From Octopus bimaculoides (Eukaryota), in the NCBI RefSeq assembly GCF_001194135.2, contig NC_068983.1, positions 33,180,740 to 33,244,739 of the forward strand: a DNA stretch of 64,000 nt, written 5' to 3'. The notes below the pieces were generated by a model. The model made no database searches. It was not told the origin of the DNA and saw nothing but the letters and a program-made list of their open reading frames with translations. This document shows positions 27,250 through 41,401 of this stretch, one piece after another; within the stretch, counting starts at the first letter, position 1, and every line of letters begins with the position of its first letter. The position numbers and the translations under genes were made by a program.

Positions 27250-28720
27250 GGTGGAGAGGAGCTTCAGCCAAGTTCCTCACAGGCTAGAAACATAGGTATA
27301 AAATCTTCTGGGAAGGTAACAGCAAAGAGTAGGAGATGTGGGCATACTTCGTGCAAGGAAAAAAGTGGATAAGGTCATAGAGGTAGTCAGAGTGTGTGAT
27401 AGAGTACTTAAGCTCAGGCTAGTTTTTCAGAATAGTAGAATAACAATTAACTTTGCCTATGCTCCACCAAGTGGGTCTAGCAAATGAACTGCCTTTATGA
27501 TATTCTTTCGCAGACTATCTCAAATATGAGTGACAATGATCTCATTTTGTGGCTGGGGATTTCAATAGGCATGTTGGACAGTAGCCTGGTATTTTCCATG
27601 GTGTACATGGGGACCATGGAATTAGTTCCTGAAATGAAGAGGGAACAAAACTAATGAAGTTCTGTGATGTGAATAACCTATTGATCTGCAATCTGAACTT
27701 CAGGAAATCAGCTACCCACCTGATAACCTACCAATCAGGTGACCACATTAGAGATCGATTATATCTTCGACAGCAAGATGCATGATTGCTTCTTAATACA
27801 AAGATCTTCTCTGGTGAAGAATGTAGACCCCAGCATAGACTAATCATTAGTAAATTTAGACTTCAAGCCAGAAGGATGCCAAGAAGCAGACCAATCTGCA
27901 TTTAATGATTCTGCAAAAGAAGAGGATTGGAAATGCCATTATGAAAGGCTACTAAATGTGGAGAATGAATGGGAGGAGAAGAGCCTGCCAAATGTTGACC
28001 CAACTGAGGGGCAAACTATCTGAATCGACAATAGCTTAGTAGATAAAGCAATTAAGGACATGAAGACAGAGAAAGCCCCTAGCCCATCATGTATTTCCAC
28101 TGAGATGTTTAAAATATCTGATCGCCTGTATAGTTAATCAGTGAAATGAGCTGATAAGGTCATAGAGGTAGCTAGAAAGGGTGATAGAATACTTAAGCTC
28201 AGGCTAGTCTTACAGAACAGTATAGTGACAGTTATCTCTGCCTATGCCCCTCAAGCAGGCCTACCAAATGAACAGAAGGACCACTCCTATGATAGTCTTC
28301 TGCAGACTACCTCAAAGAGGGAAGACAATGATTTCCTCTTTGTGATTCAGGATTTTAATGGGCATGCTGGACGGCAGCCTGGTATATTCCATGATGTACA
28401 TGAGGGCCATGGATTTGGCTCCCCAAACGAAGAGGGAACAAGGCTACTGGAGTTCTGTGATGCAAATAACCTTTTGATCTGCAACACCAGCTTCAAGAAG
28501 CCAGCCAGCAACATCATAACCTACCAATCAGGTGTTTGTGCTAGCCAGATCGATTACATTCTTATCAAACAGCGGGATGCATGGTTGCTCCTAAATACAA
28601 AGACTCTACCTGGTGAAGAATGTACCCCCCCCCNNNNNNNNNNGATTTTCGACTTCAGGTCAGAAGGATGCCAAGAAGTAAACCAATCTAGAAAAGAAGG
28701 ATTTGGAAGCTTAAAAACCC
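27250..28720 (+). mobile_element. Two tandem RTE-clade LINE endonuclease/linker remnants
   Basis: VISAYAPQAG, DFNGHAG, NEEGTRLLEFC, SQIDYIL. The same region occurs twice (from about 27368 and 28152). Confidence 0.85.
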
Positions 28721-29692
28721 TTTATATGGTCAGAAATTTAGTGGTAGGGCATCCAGACATAGAAAACCATGCCAAGTCAGACAGGAGTCTGGTGCAGCCT
28801 TCCAGCGTGCCAGCCCAGTCAAACCATCCAACCCATGCCAGCATGGACAACAGACATTAAATGATGATGATGATGCTGATGATGATGATGATGACGGCAA
28901 TATATGCATATATAAAGGGTGGTGAGCTGGCAGAAACGTTAGCACGCCGGGCAAAATGCTTAGTGGTATTTTGTCTGCTGTTACATTCTGAGTTCAAACT
29001 ATGCCAAGGTCAACTTTGCCTTTCATCCTTTCGGGGTCAATTAATTAAGTACAAGTTATACACTGGGGTCGATGTAATTGACTTAATCCCTTTGTCTGTG
29101 CTTGTTTGTCTCCTCTGTGTTTAACCCCCTGTGGAAAATAAGGAAATAGAGAGTATATATGTATATCAGGCATCTGCTCGGTTTGTGTATGAAATTCCCT
29201 TACAATATATTGGTCAGCACAAGTTTGTAGTTGAAAATACTTACCCAGTGGGATTGAACCAGAACTGAGTGGTTGCAAAATAGATTTCTTAACCATACAA
29301 CCAGGTCTACATCATGATAGTCATAGCAGAGATGCCTTTAGTTATAAAAGATAAAGATCCCCTTCCAGCATGAAAAACCATGGGATTGCACCTAGAAAGT
29401 TCCCCTCTGAGGTACAAGGTTGTTTGTGGAAGACTGTTAGTCACCCATGCATACCAGCCTCCCCTCTCCATACCACCGGTATTGTCCAAGGGAAAAGCAA
29501 AAGCTGATACAGCTTGGCACCAAAAACATCACAACTCATTTCTGCAGCTGAGTGAATGGAATTAAAATGTTTTGCACAAGAACACAACACACTGCTTGGT
29601 CTGGGTATAGAACTCACAGCCTTGCAGTTGTAAGCCTGATAAACAAACAACAACATTATAGAATATGGTACTAAATAACATAACATGCATAC

Positions 29693-29888
29693 CATTAACA
29701 TAAACGCACGTGGCCTCGGATAACACAGCATCTTCTTGTGAAGGATCTGGTTTTATTTGAACTGAAGCAATAACAGGATCCCATATTGGCAGAGGTTTAT
29801 AAGTAGGTGGCAACTCCAGTTCACAGAGAGTTTGGCCACTGATAACCTCAGTCAGCAGAATCACACCATTATTGAATGTCATCAGAAT
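29693..29888 (-). CDS. WDR93: WDR93-like exon 7 of 7 (196 nt, phase 0->1)
   Basis: Acceptor tctcattttgcag, donor ATG|gtatgc. Encodes ILMTFNNGVILLTEVISGQTLCELELPPTYKPLPIWDPVIASVQIKPDPSQEDAVLSEATCVYVN(G), similar to recalled human VLIFSKNGSVCLMDV...EVPWKPVFAVS. Confidence 0.8.
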
Positions 29889-31508
29889 CTGCAAAATGAG
29901 ATGTGAGAAAAACAAAAAACAAAAAATAATTAAATTACTACAAAATAAACAACCAGGTTTTCTCTTTGAGAGTAAAGAAGGAATTATAATCAACAAAATC
30001 ATATCATTTATTATTATTTTTGTAATTGCTAACTCCATTTCATTGAATAGCAGCTATTTGGTGAAATGAGAATGATTTTTACAACCATCTCAACCCCATT
30101 TCCTCTACTAAAACAGGGTTTAGTTTTTCAGGCCCCATGACACTTTATTCATCTTGGCTCCCTTTCTGAGGCATTATTTCATGGGAAGAGTCCTTCCTAT
30201 TGCCAACCCTTTTAGTCAGCTCAAACAGCATACAGGAATAATGTGTAACTTTTTAAAAACCAGGATACATAGCAAAAATGCTTCTTCAAAACAAAACACA
30301 AACCCATCACTTAGCCTAAAAGAATGAGAAATATCTTTGTGCTTTATTTTTGAAAATTTAACCTAAAATATTTGAAGTTCCTTTTTAGGTATATTAACAC
30401 TTCACTTTTTCTGCTTGTTTATTGAATAGATACTTACTGATGAAGACAATATCATAAATACCTTCTAAGCCTTAGAAAAGACCCCTAAGAGTCAGATGTA
30501 ACTCTATTTTCATATGAAATGAACAAGAAATAAGTCTCTCTCAGAATGCAGTTGACATTCTAAGATAATTTCTTTTTTTTTTTTTTTTCATTCATAAATT
30601 AGCTAGATGATGAGGGAAGGTGCCCATAGATTTTGCTGATCCTTCCAGTCAGGTCATATCGATGCAGTTGATATCCAGTTTCATTACTGACAGGCTATCA
30701 TCTGCAGAAAAGCATGGTTGGATGGGATGGGGTAAATTCCAGAAGAAGACTGTTCTGGAAAGGGAGAAAGGTTAAATTTTAGGCAGGGAATCCAAGAGGT
30801 GATATGCACTATGAATGTTGAGTGAAGATAGCAGAGAAGAAAAGTTAGAGATAAATTGCCAATCAGCCAGATAGTCTTTTATTAAATACAGTCTAAGCTA
30901 CTTATATATGTAATAAGAGTGTTGTCTCATAAGTGTGAACAATATTCCGAATATTGGATTTACTTGAGCTTTGTAGAGGCTCGGCAGCTGATCAAGGCTA
31001 AAGTGTTTAACTTAGCTTCTGATGTTAATATTAAAAATATTGCTTTTGCTGGGGATTTGAAGAATTATAGATCACAAGTGAATAACAGGATGATAAAGCT
31101 CCTGCATATGTGACTCTACTGAAGCTATATTGGTGGTCAGTAGAAGAAACTCAAATTGATAAAGAAAGTTATTTTTGCAATTGTTTCCACCACCTCTGAG
31201 ATCTTAGAAGTAAGAGCAATTGATTAGTAGCTCAGAGTGGTTTACCTTTTAGGAATGGGACACACTGTAATATATTTCCATAGACTAACATAAGATTGAA
31301 TAGTTTGGTGATGATGGGAACAATGTTGAGAGCAATGCAAGATACACTCTTGGTAGTGAACAGAAACTTTGAAATGAAAGGGAGGAAATGTAATTTTCAT
31401 TTATGAATAATTAGGGTAAACTGAGACAAATGAAATGTTAAAAACAAATACAGATAGAAGAAAATAAATCTTAATAAAGGGTTTAATATAAAAAAAAATT
31501 TACTGTAC

Positions 31509-31569
31509 CAGGTTATTTTTTCCAGAAATAGGCACAACCTTATTAAGAGCTGCTTCTGCAAACCTCGAT
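31509..31569 (-). CDS. WDR93: WDR93-like exon 6 of 7 (61 nt, phase 2->0)
   Basis: Acceptor ttttgttaatattcgcag, donor CTG|gtacag (weak). Encodes SRFAEAALNKVVPISGKNNL. Its phases are exactly those needed to join exons 5 and 7. Confidence 0.65.
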
Positions 31570-34500
31570 CTGCGAATATTAACAAAATAAAAAATATAAA
31601 AAAAACCCTTTCAATTAAAGGAAGTTTAGCATTAATTTAATACCAACACATTGATAGTATTGATTTCTTATATTTGTTGATGATTACAACATTGTTGAAG
31701 AGTGAAAACAGCTGACTGAACTGATCCCTCAATATGAGACAAGCATGGCTTTATTTCACTGACCACTACTTCTCAAATTTATAGGAATGGAAGGCTAAGT
31801 TAAAACCAGAATGTAGTGGGATGGAATTAAATAGAGCAAAGTATTTAATTACCATTCTTCTAACCTTCCACCTTATAATGTTGAAAATTAATTAATGTTA
31901 TAATCAATGATCAAATGACGATGATTATACAATTGAAGTCGCCATCATGAAAAGAAACTACAAAGTTTTCATTTCACTGATTTAGAATATTTATTACTAA
32001 ATCTCATATAATGGTAACGATGATTCAGATGATGGTGCCAATGAAGATGAATCCCATAACCTATTGAGTCACAGGTGAACTATTAAAAAACCCATCTAGC
32101 AGATCTAAGGGACAAGTCAACTTTACAGAGTTCATCCTTCTTCATAGTGTACTCTTAAAATTAAACAGACACCCTACTGTAATACAATGAAACCTTTATT
32201 AAATGTATAGTATAACTGCTGCATCTAACTTGAATTTTTTTCTGCTCTGTGGTACCTATTTACAGCTAGACAGACAGCCATTTTAGGTTTCAGTGTCTTG
32301 GCAATTAACAAACTGGAATAATGGTGAAAGGGTATCAGCTCTCTGTTTTTCAGCTAGACGTTCATTACTTTATTGATATATTACTACTTTTGTCATGTAT
32401 CTCCCTTGAGATAATATACTTGCAATGTTTAATATAGTGAAACAATTATCAGGAGTCACTTTTAGATCTAAGCAAACAGAGCAGCAGAAATATTTTCTCT
32501 TATCTATTAGACAGCAAAATTAAAAGTTCTCTTTTGAGTAAGGTCCTTGAAACTATGATTCACTTTCACTCTTTTGTTTTCAAAAACTTTCAAAATCAGA
32601 ATGCCGACCATTAAGTGTTTATGATGCCATAAAAACTATGCAAGTTTATTCAGCTGTTCTATTCTACATTTATAAATTTCAATATATTCATACATCATTG
32701 CAACTTCGCTAGCACTAATTTCCAGAAAGTAATATTGGTACTTATGTTTTGCTTTTCTTAAAGAGATTATCTCATGCTTATGTTAGTATAAAAAAGAGTA
32801 AAATTATCCCCTTAGGACATAGGGATTTGGGGTGGACTTGTACATCCATGTATTTCAGATAACATTTCCAGAAAGCCTGGTAGCTATTTCAGACAACCAA
32901 GTGAACTGAAATACATAGACTCAGTTGTGAAGCAATTATTACAAGACACTAAAATTCCAATGTGTTGTGTTTATATAAGAGCTGAATTTTGAACACAACT
33001 ATGTAAGCTAATGCATCCCTTATTAGTTATCAAATGCTCTTATTGCAACTATGACAAGTGAAGTGTTTCCCTCTCTATGGTTCCCATTTACATATTTGTG
33101 CATTGATTGAGACTCTTACTCAAAGCAATGTTTGCTGATGACTATTCTCTTTTGGTATATTCCAAGAATGATCATCAAGTAATTCTCAATGGATTTACAA
33201 AAGCCTGTGAACTCTTCAGACTTACAAATCGTCATCATTGTCATTGTCATTATTATTATTATTATTTAGTGTTTGTATTCCATGCTGGTATGTGTTGGAT
33301 GATTTGACAGGATTCAACTATCAAGAGGACCACATAAGGCTCCAATGTCTGTTTTGGTAAGGTTTCTATGGTGGCTGGATGCCTTTTCAAATACTAATTA
33401 GTTTCTGCAAAACCAAGGTCCTCTACCAGCATACGTCAGGATCAACACCTTATATTCCCATTATTTTCACAAAAAGGACCAACTGAAGGTCAACAATTGT
33501 TTTAAGTAACTCAGAACCATTGGCTCTTTCAGATGATGACTGTCTTTTGATGGTTCTCCTGACAAGAAGATAACTGCATGCATCTACAAAACTAACCAGT
33601 TGCTGTGTCTGTTTACGTGTTGAGCCACAAAAATGCCCAACGAAAATCAGTGTCGTAAGTAGCTGTAATCACATGCTTCCTCTATGGATATAAAACATGG
33701 AACAGGGACACTTGACTGAAAACATTTCTACAATCATTTACAGGCTTTAAGTAACAGAATTAGGCAACAAACTTGGAAGTGTTGGACAGAGCAGGTTTGA
33801 TCAGTGTTGAGACAATGTTGTTGAAAACTCAGCTATGTTGGACTAGACACATTATCTACTCTGATAGGTCTCATCTATCTCAACAAGTACTTCACAAAGC
33901 ATTTTCCAATGAAGGTCTACTTAGCCAAAATAGAAATATAAAGACAATATTAAGTACAAGAGAGATAGAACTCCGTACAGAGTTTAGAGTTAATTGGTGT
34001 ACTATCTTATGAGGAAAATCCAACTGAGAGAATCATGAGCGCTAGAGAGTGCAGGTTGGCTTCTTAATATTGATCAGCTATGACTGTTACATCTCTTTAT
34101 TCACAGCAATGCCTTCAGTTATGCACCTCAAGAATTGGGTTTGCCAACCACATTTGGTTTCACAAAAAATGATTGCAATTAAATGATTTCATGAGATAAT
34201 GATGGTCAGTGAATTGAAAGAGATATTGCAATATATTAGTCAGGTGATAAAAAAAAAAACCAAATATTTATTTAACATGTGACATGCCAATGTAATTAAT
34301 AGCTTGACAGCTTGCCATTAGAAGACTAGATCAGCAATTGGTTGACCCTTAACATTAAGGGAGTATGATGACAGATTGCGAAATTCATTCCCTTAACAAA
34401 GGTATTATTAACAAGAATGAAGCTTGGTCCATAGACTTTGTTCAATTGAAGAACATTCACTATATTAGTGTAACTTGTCTTTTGCCAGAAACAAACAGCA

Positions 34501-35293
34501 AGGCACTGGCAAATAATAAATATAGATAAATGGATGATAGCCCTTCATCCATTTATCTATGATGCAGATGTTCTCTTGACTATTGCTGTTAATGATTAGA
34601 TAAAGACAACCTTGAAGAAAAAAAGCAGTGAAAAAATGAATGCATGAACATATAATTAATCAACCAATGAAAATAAACAGGTGAAGGAATGGCTGTGTGG
34701 TTAAGAAGCTCACTTTGCAACCACATGGATTTGAGATCAGTCCCACAGCATGGCACCTTAGACAAGTGTGAATTTGGACGATGGAAACTGTGTAGAAGTC
34801 CATTATCATCATCAAAACATCTCTTTTCTATGCTGACCTGGGCTGGACAGTTTGATAGGAGCTGGTGAGCCAAGGTACTGTGTCAAATTCTACTATTTTC
34901 TTTGGCATAATTTCTATGTCTGGTTGCCCTTCCTATTGCCAACCACTCTACAGAGAGTACTGGGTACTTGTTTTTATAACACCAGCAAGGTCACCAAATA
35001 ACTTTCAAAACAAGACCCCTCAAGTAAGTGGCGAGTAGTAATGAGGGAAGTGTGCCAGGTGGTGAGGGGTTAAAGTACAACAGAGAGACAGAACCAGTGC
35101 ATGTGTGTATGTGTGTGTATCATTGTGTTTGTGTATGTCCCCCCCACACCATAGCACAAGAACCCAACTTAAAGAAATAAATACCAGGGTTGATTTGTTC
35201 ATCTAAACCCTTCAAGGTAGAGCTACAGTATGGCCACAGCCTAATCAGTGAAATGAGTAAGAAAAGCTGAAAGACAAAAGGTAAACAACTCAC

Positions 35294-35489
35294 GCAGGTA
35301 GCAATGTTGTCATGGAGTAGGAACCATCAGTAAAAGTGATGTATTGTACCAGGCCACTGTTTAAAATCGCAATAAGGTGGCAGCTGATTGAATAAGGCTG
35401 TTGGTTGTTTGGGGGAGTATTTATTGAAAGGAAGTATAAATCTTTAAAACATCCTTCTTTACTAAGATCAAAAACACCAGATAATATAC
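35294..35489 (-). CDS. WDR93: WDR93-like exon 5 of 7 (196 nt, phase 1->2)
   Basis: Acceptor gttctcttttgcag, donor GC|gtgagt. Encodes (G)ILSGVFDLSKEGCFKDLYFLSINTPPNNQQPYSISCHLIAILNSGLVQYITFTDGSYSMTTLLP(A). Confidence 0.8.
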
Positions 35490-36094
35490 CTGCAAAAGAG
35501 AACATATAGTCTACATCTGTAAGATGCATTATTACTCTCCTATTTATAATTCTCTAAAGACTGCTTTGATAGGACCTCAATTACTAACACCTATAAAACT
35601 GGAAATATCTGGGGCTGAACATAATGCTAATCAAGACATGGTCATGGTCTGATAAGATATGTGCATATGCATAATTATATACACGCACACACACACACAC
35701 ATACACACACACGCACACATGTGCACACACACACATACACACACTCACATATATGGCAGACTGTGACTGTGTGGTAAGAAGTTTGCTTCCCAACCACATG
35801 GTTCTGGGTTCAGTTTCACTGTGCAATACTTTGGGCAGGTGTTTTCTATTACAGCCTTGGGTCAACCAAAGCCCTGTGAGTGGATTCGGTAGATGGAAGC
35901 TGAAACAAGCCTGTCATATGTATGTATGTGTGTGTGCATGTGTGTGTGTGCCTGGTGTTGGTGTGTTCACATACCTGTAACTTAGGAGTGTGGCCATAGA
36001 TAAGTACCAGGTTTAAAAAAAAACTAAGTACTGAGGTCAATTCATTTGACTAAAAGTTTTCAAGGCAATGATCCAGCATGGAAAGCAGTGTTAA

Positions 36095-36304
36095 CCCTTT
36101 ATCATCCACATTATTCTATCAAAAGTAATGCTTTTTTATTCACATTGTTTTGAATTAACCATGAATTATCTTCTAGCAATGAGATTTTAATAAGGAGGCT
36201 ATTAAGTATTAGAATGATATTGTAAGGCTGGTGTGTGAAGCCAGTTTGGACATAAAGCAAGCAGAATATTTTGGTTGAATATGGCTGGTTTAAGTACTGA
36301 AGGG
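36095..36304 (+). mobile_element. piggyBac-like MITE
   Basis: TTAA|CCCTTT...AAGGG|TTTA. An inverted copy lies at 37961-38133 (ending GGG|TTAA) and an isolated end at 39312-39358. Confidence 0.6.
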
Positions 36305-39300
36305 TTTAAATGATGAAGGAAAACATAGAGACACAAGGCTGGCAATTTTGAATGGAGATGGATTCCAATCTCCAATACTTGAGTGGTATTTTATTTTATG
36401 AATCCCCAAAAAGATTACAGAACTATTGAGTATGACAAGTGCCGGAAGAAATACCACAAAGTATTTTTTCCGTTTGTTTTCTGATACTCTCATGATTCTA
36501 CCATTGTACTACCATTATTCATAATTAACTAAAGAAGAAATAATAATTAAACTAATGACAATCTGAATTGATGAATAAAAGTTGTTAATACAATTTGTAA
36601 AACTGACAACATTTATTTAACACATGGTAGTTCTTAGTAAAAGGAATCACTAATATTGAAGTGGTAAGTTAATGGGCCTTAAACTTAATAAACAAATAAC
36701 TATTAAATATTGAATATACATATATATATATATATATATATANNNNNNNNNNNNNNNNNNNNNNNNNNNNNNNNNNNNNNNNNNNNNNNNNNNNNNNNNN
36801 NNNTCCGATCTTATATATATATTAGGGGTGTATGATAATACAGGAAAATATAAATAGAGATAAAGAGTTCATTTAAACATTTAAAACACTAAATAAAATA
36901 TTGGAGTAAAGTATAGAAATATGGAATATAAGAAAATATAAAAGAAAATGTTAAGTGGATTTAAAAGGATGTGAGGGAAGACTCAAGGACAATACTCTAA
37001 ATGAGATGTCACTCAAATAGAGAAAAGCAATTAGTTAAAGAAATACTAACAAGAATACATTAAATGTGAAGCAAAATGAAAGAGGAGGAAATTTTGTTCA
37101 GTTCTGAGAAATTTGAATAATTAAATGATTAAATCATAGAATAATTAAAGTGGTTAATTAACTGAAAAATCTCTCAGAAACCTTTTTAAGATTCAAAAAT
37201 CAAAAAGTAAAAAAATAAATTAAATTAACAAAGAATTGAAATCATTAAATAATTAAATCATAGGATAATTAAAAAGACAATTACAGGCTAATTAAAAAAT
37301 TAATTAATTAAAAATAGTAAAAAATTTTTGAAATAAAAATAAAAATAAATAAAATAAAATAAGGCTTGAAATAAAAGACGAAATTGAATTAAGTATTAGC
37401 TTTGTTACAAGGTAACTGTTACTTTATTTAGACATTCATTTTATGTCTCTTATTCCATGCTAGTTTGGGTTAGATAATTACAATTTACAGAAGGCATTGT
37501 TTAAACAGGCAGACAATCTTCCTATCACTAACCCTTAGTTGTTTCTTTCTAAAATACAATTTAAGACTCATAGTAAAACAGAATGAAATGTTAATTGAAA
37601 CCAAATATTTTCATGTAAACTCAACCAAAAATTCTTCCAGTATCAATTTAAACGTTAACTTTGCATATTTGGGGAGGTATAATCCATAACAAGTAGCTGC
37701 GGAAAGAAAAAGAAATGAAGTTAAGTACAAAGAGGGATAAATCGGAGAATATAAACTGGAAACAAAACAGTCCCAGATAATAGCAGATCTCTAAAATGGT
37801 TTCTCTCATCAGTGTGTCAAAAACTGCAGTAGAGTCTAGTTAATGTAGCCCAGCACATAACTGGTACTGAATTTGTCAGATCAAAAGAGAATGAGCCAAC
37901 AATGGAGCTTCTATGTGATCCCTCAACTTGCAAGAAATAGCAGCTATATCTTGCTTCACACTTTAGCATTTAAACTGGTGGATTTGGCTTCTCACACCCA
38001 CCCTAGAATATCATTCTAAATGTAAACAATCATAACAGTGGAACCTTGAAGCTATGAGATAATGCATGAATAATTCAAAATAATGAGAATAAATAAGCAT
38101 TATATTTGACAGAGTAATCTGAATGATAAAGGGTTAAATAACATGCAACTCTCTTAAAAGAATAAGCAGACTTTTAAATATTGAGATCCTAGATCTACAA
38201 TGCCTGGAGTGGGGGGGGGTAGATAAAATGAGGATAGACAGCATAGATAGATCACGTTAATGATGACAACACCAACAACAACAACTCCCACTATCCCCAC
38301 TCATATCCTTACAACCACACCACCATCACTACCCAAAGGAGATCAAATTAAAAAAAAAAAATTAAAGCCTAGTAGAATTTGAACACTGAATATTGAAATA
38401 ATGAAATTCATTATCATCATCATCATCATCGTTAAATGTCCATTTTCCATGCTGGCATGGGTTGGACGGTTTGACTGGGGACTGGCAAGCCAGAAGGCCT
38501 CACCAGGCTCCAATCAGATCTGGCAATGTTTCTACAGCTGGATGCCCTTCCTAATGCCAACCACTCTGAGAGTGTAGTGGGTGCTTTTTACATGCCACTG
38601 GCACGAGAGCTAGTCAGGCAGCACTGGCATCAGCCATGTTCAGATGGTGCTTTTTACATGCTACTGGCACAGGAGCCAGTTGAGTGGGATGGGGGTGGGA
38701 GTGGGGGCATCGACACAGGGAGCCAGTCAGGCAGCACTGGCAATGACCCATGCATGAATGGTACTTATTGTGTGCCACCAGCATGAGAGCCAGTGAAGCG
38801 GCACAGGCATCCGCCACAACTACAATTTCCATTTGATTGTCATTTGATTTTACTTGACTCAACAGGTCTCCTCAAACACCGTGTGTCACCTGACAATTCA
38901 AAGGTACTTTTTAAATGGGCTGGTTATGCAACACTGCTTTAGGCTACGGCTGTGATCTCACTTTACTTACTGGGTCTTCTCAATCACAGCATATCTCCAG
39001 AGGTCTCGGTCTTTCATCATTGCCTCTGTGAGGCCCAATGTTCAAAGGTCATGCTTCACCACCTCATCCCATGTCTTCCTAGGTCTCCCTCTTCCACGGT
39101 TCCTTCCACTGTTAAGAAGTGACACTTCTTCACACATATATACGCAGCACATGACCATGCCCGCGCAGTCGTCTCTCTTGCACACCACTATAAATTATTT
39201 AATGGGCTAGCTCTCTACTATCTATTCTCATTTTATCACCCCCGCCCCAGGCATAGTAGATCTAGAATCTCAATATTTAAAATTCTTTTAAGAGTGTTGC

Positions 39301-39356
39301 ATGTTATTTAACCCTTTATCATTCAAATTACTCTGCCAAATATAATGCTTATTTAT

Positions 39357-39412
39357 TCCCAGATAATGATGAAGCCATTTTCTAAACCAACTGCAATCCG
39401 GGTTGTACACAG
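39357..39412 (-). pseudogene. 56-bp duplicated fragment of WDR93-like exon 4
   Basis: Matches 39737-39792 with 4 substitutions. Reads LCTTRIAVGLENGFIIIWE*. Confidence 0.9.
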
Positions 39413-39725
39413 CGACAGTCTACTTGCTTTTATAAAGTAGTGTAGTAAATGCATAATTTCAAACTTTAAGTGGGCAAAATTATATTACAGAAGTAATTTT
39501 GGATGATGACAAAGCCTTGTAATTAGATATATAATCAATTTTTAACATAGGCAATGTCTAACAATTTGGGACATCATTGATTAAGATCAACTCCAGTTAC
39601 TGATTTGGAGCTCATTTTTATTGAACTTAGAAGGATGAAAGCCAAAATTGATCTTGGCAGGATTTGAAATCAGAACTTAATGTATCTAAATAGTCTAATG
39701 AATAATTGCAGAGGATAAATGTTAC

Positions 39726-39860
39726 CTAAGTGGTAATCCCAGATAACAATGAAGCCATTTTCCAAACCAACTGCAACCCGGGTTGTACACAGTGAGGTGG
39801 TCACAATTTTGATGGCAGCAGCAAATGGCCACACCATATCTGGATCAGGAGATTCGGAAT
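39726..39860 (-). CDS. WDR93: WDR93-like exon 4 of 7 (135 nt, phase 1->1), WD40-type repeat
   Basis: Acceptor tttcttttacttcag, donor TAG|gtaaca. Encodes (D)SESPDPDMVWPFAAAIKIVTTSLCTTRVAVGLENGFIVIWDYHL(G), with a WD motif, similar to recalled human [37 protein letters not shown]. Confidence 0.85.
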
Positions 39861-41323
39861 CTGAAGTAAAAGAAAAAGATTAACTATTAATAGAAGATAA
39901 TATAACATGAATCATCTTCATTATTAAATCCAGCATTAGCATCATGATAACATCTTGAAAACCTTTAACCAATAACAATGTTGTTCACAAAATTTATTAT
40001 AATTAAAACAACTTTTATCTTTTATCTTTTAATTGTTTCAGTCATTTCAGTCATGCTGGGGCACCACCTTGAAGAGATTTTAGTCAAACGGATCGACCCC
40101 TGTACTTTTATTAAGCTTGGTACTTATTCTATTAGTTTCTTTTGCTGAACCGCTAAGTTACAGGGATGTAAATAAACCAGCACTAGCTGTCAAGCTGGTT
40201 TGAGACAGACACAGAGACATACGTATATAAATGATGGGTTTTTTTCAGTTCCTTATTTCTTTACTGCCCACAAGGGGCCACACACAGAGGAGACAAACAA
40301 GGACAGACAAACGGCTTAAGTCGATTATATTGACCCCAATGCATAACTGGTACTTATTTAATCGACCCAGAAAGGATGAAAGGCAAAGTTGACCTCGGAG
40401 GTATTTTAACTCAGAACGCAGCGGCAGATGAAATACCGCTAAGCATTTTGCCCGGTGTGCTAACGTTTCTGCCAGCTCGCCGCCTTCCTCACAGTTTCTG
40501 TCTACCAAATCCACACACAAGGCTTTGGTTGGCCGGAGACTATTGCAGAAGACACTTACCCAAGGTGCCATGCAGTAAGACTGAACCAGGGACCATGTGG
40601 TCGGAAAGCAAACTTCTCACCACACAGCCACGCCTGTGCCTATGGAAACTAAAAAGAAAGTGAATTAAAAAAAAAAAAAATTCTAAAGGTACCAAAATAT
40701 GAAACTGAATTTGGAATCCAGTCTTGTGATTTACCATTTAAGCCAACCTATTGTTTTATTATTATCTATCATCACTGATACACAAACAAGTATTACACTA
40801 TATCTGTTGCCAGGACACCAACTTTGAAATGATCCAGTCTGTCTATCTATAAACAAGTGAGGGTGGCAAGCTGGAAGAATCGTTGGCATGCCGGGCGAAA
40901 TGTGTTACATTCTGAGTTCAAATTTTGTTGAGGTTGACTTTGCCTTTCATCCTTTCAGGGTTGATTAAATAAGTACCAGTTACGCACTGGGGTTGATGTA
41001 ATCAACTTAAACATGTTCTCTGTCCTTGTTTGTCCCCTCTATGTTTAGCCCCCTGTGGGCAATAAAGAAATATCTATAAACAAGGGGGGAAAAAACTGCA
41101 GAAGGGAGCTTGTAAATCTGACAAAGGATTCATTTATCAGCCATAACAATTTTAACAATGCCTATGGGTGTAGGCTAATGTGGATTGGCTTCTTGCTCAG
41201 GTGGACTAGCTCTGAACATTGTCAGTTGTTGGTGGTTGAGGTTGGTTATGCCTACAAAAGGAAGAGTTTCTTCTAAAGAGAAACAGGAAGAGAATAAGAC
41301 ATTCTGAACAAATCTTTGCTTAC

Positions 41324-41401
41324 CTTTCTTTAGTTTCACCAGTGAATACCGACTGAGAATATGACAGTTGGTTGACCAGACAAGAAGGGAAGGTGGAGTG
41401 G
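41324..41401 (-). CDS. WDR93: WDR93-like exon 3 of 7 (78 nt, phase 1->1)
   Basis: Acceptor ttttctcattgtag, donor AAG|gtaagc. Encodes (A)TPPSLLVWSTNCHILSRYSLVKLKK(D), similar to recalled human [20 protein letters not shown]. Confidence 0.75.

Noticed and set aside
36800-37420. Very AT-rich block as a mitochondrial insertion
   Set aside because: No mitochondrial gene, tRNA or rRNA motif was recognised.
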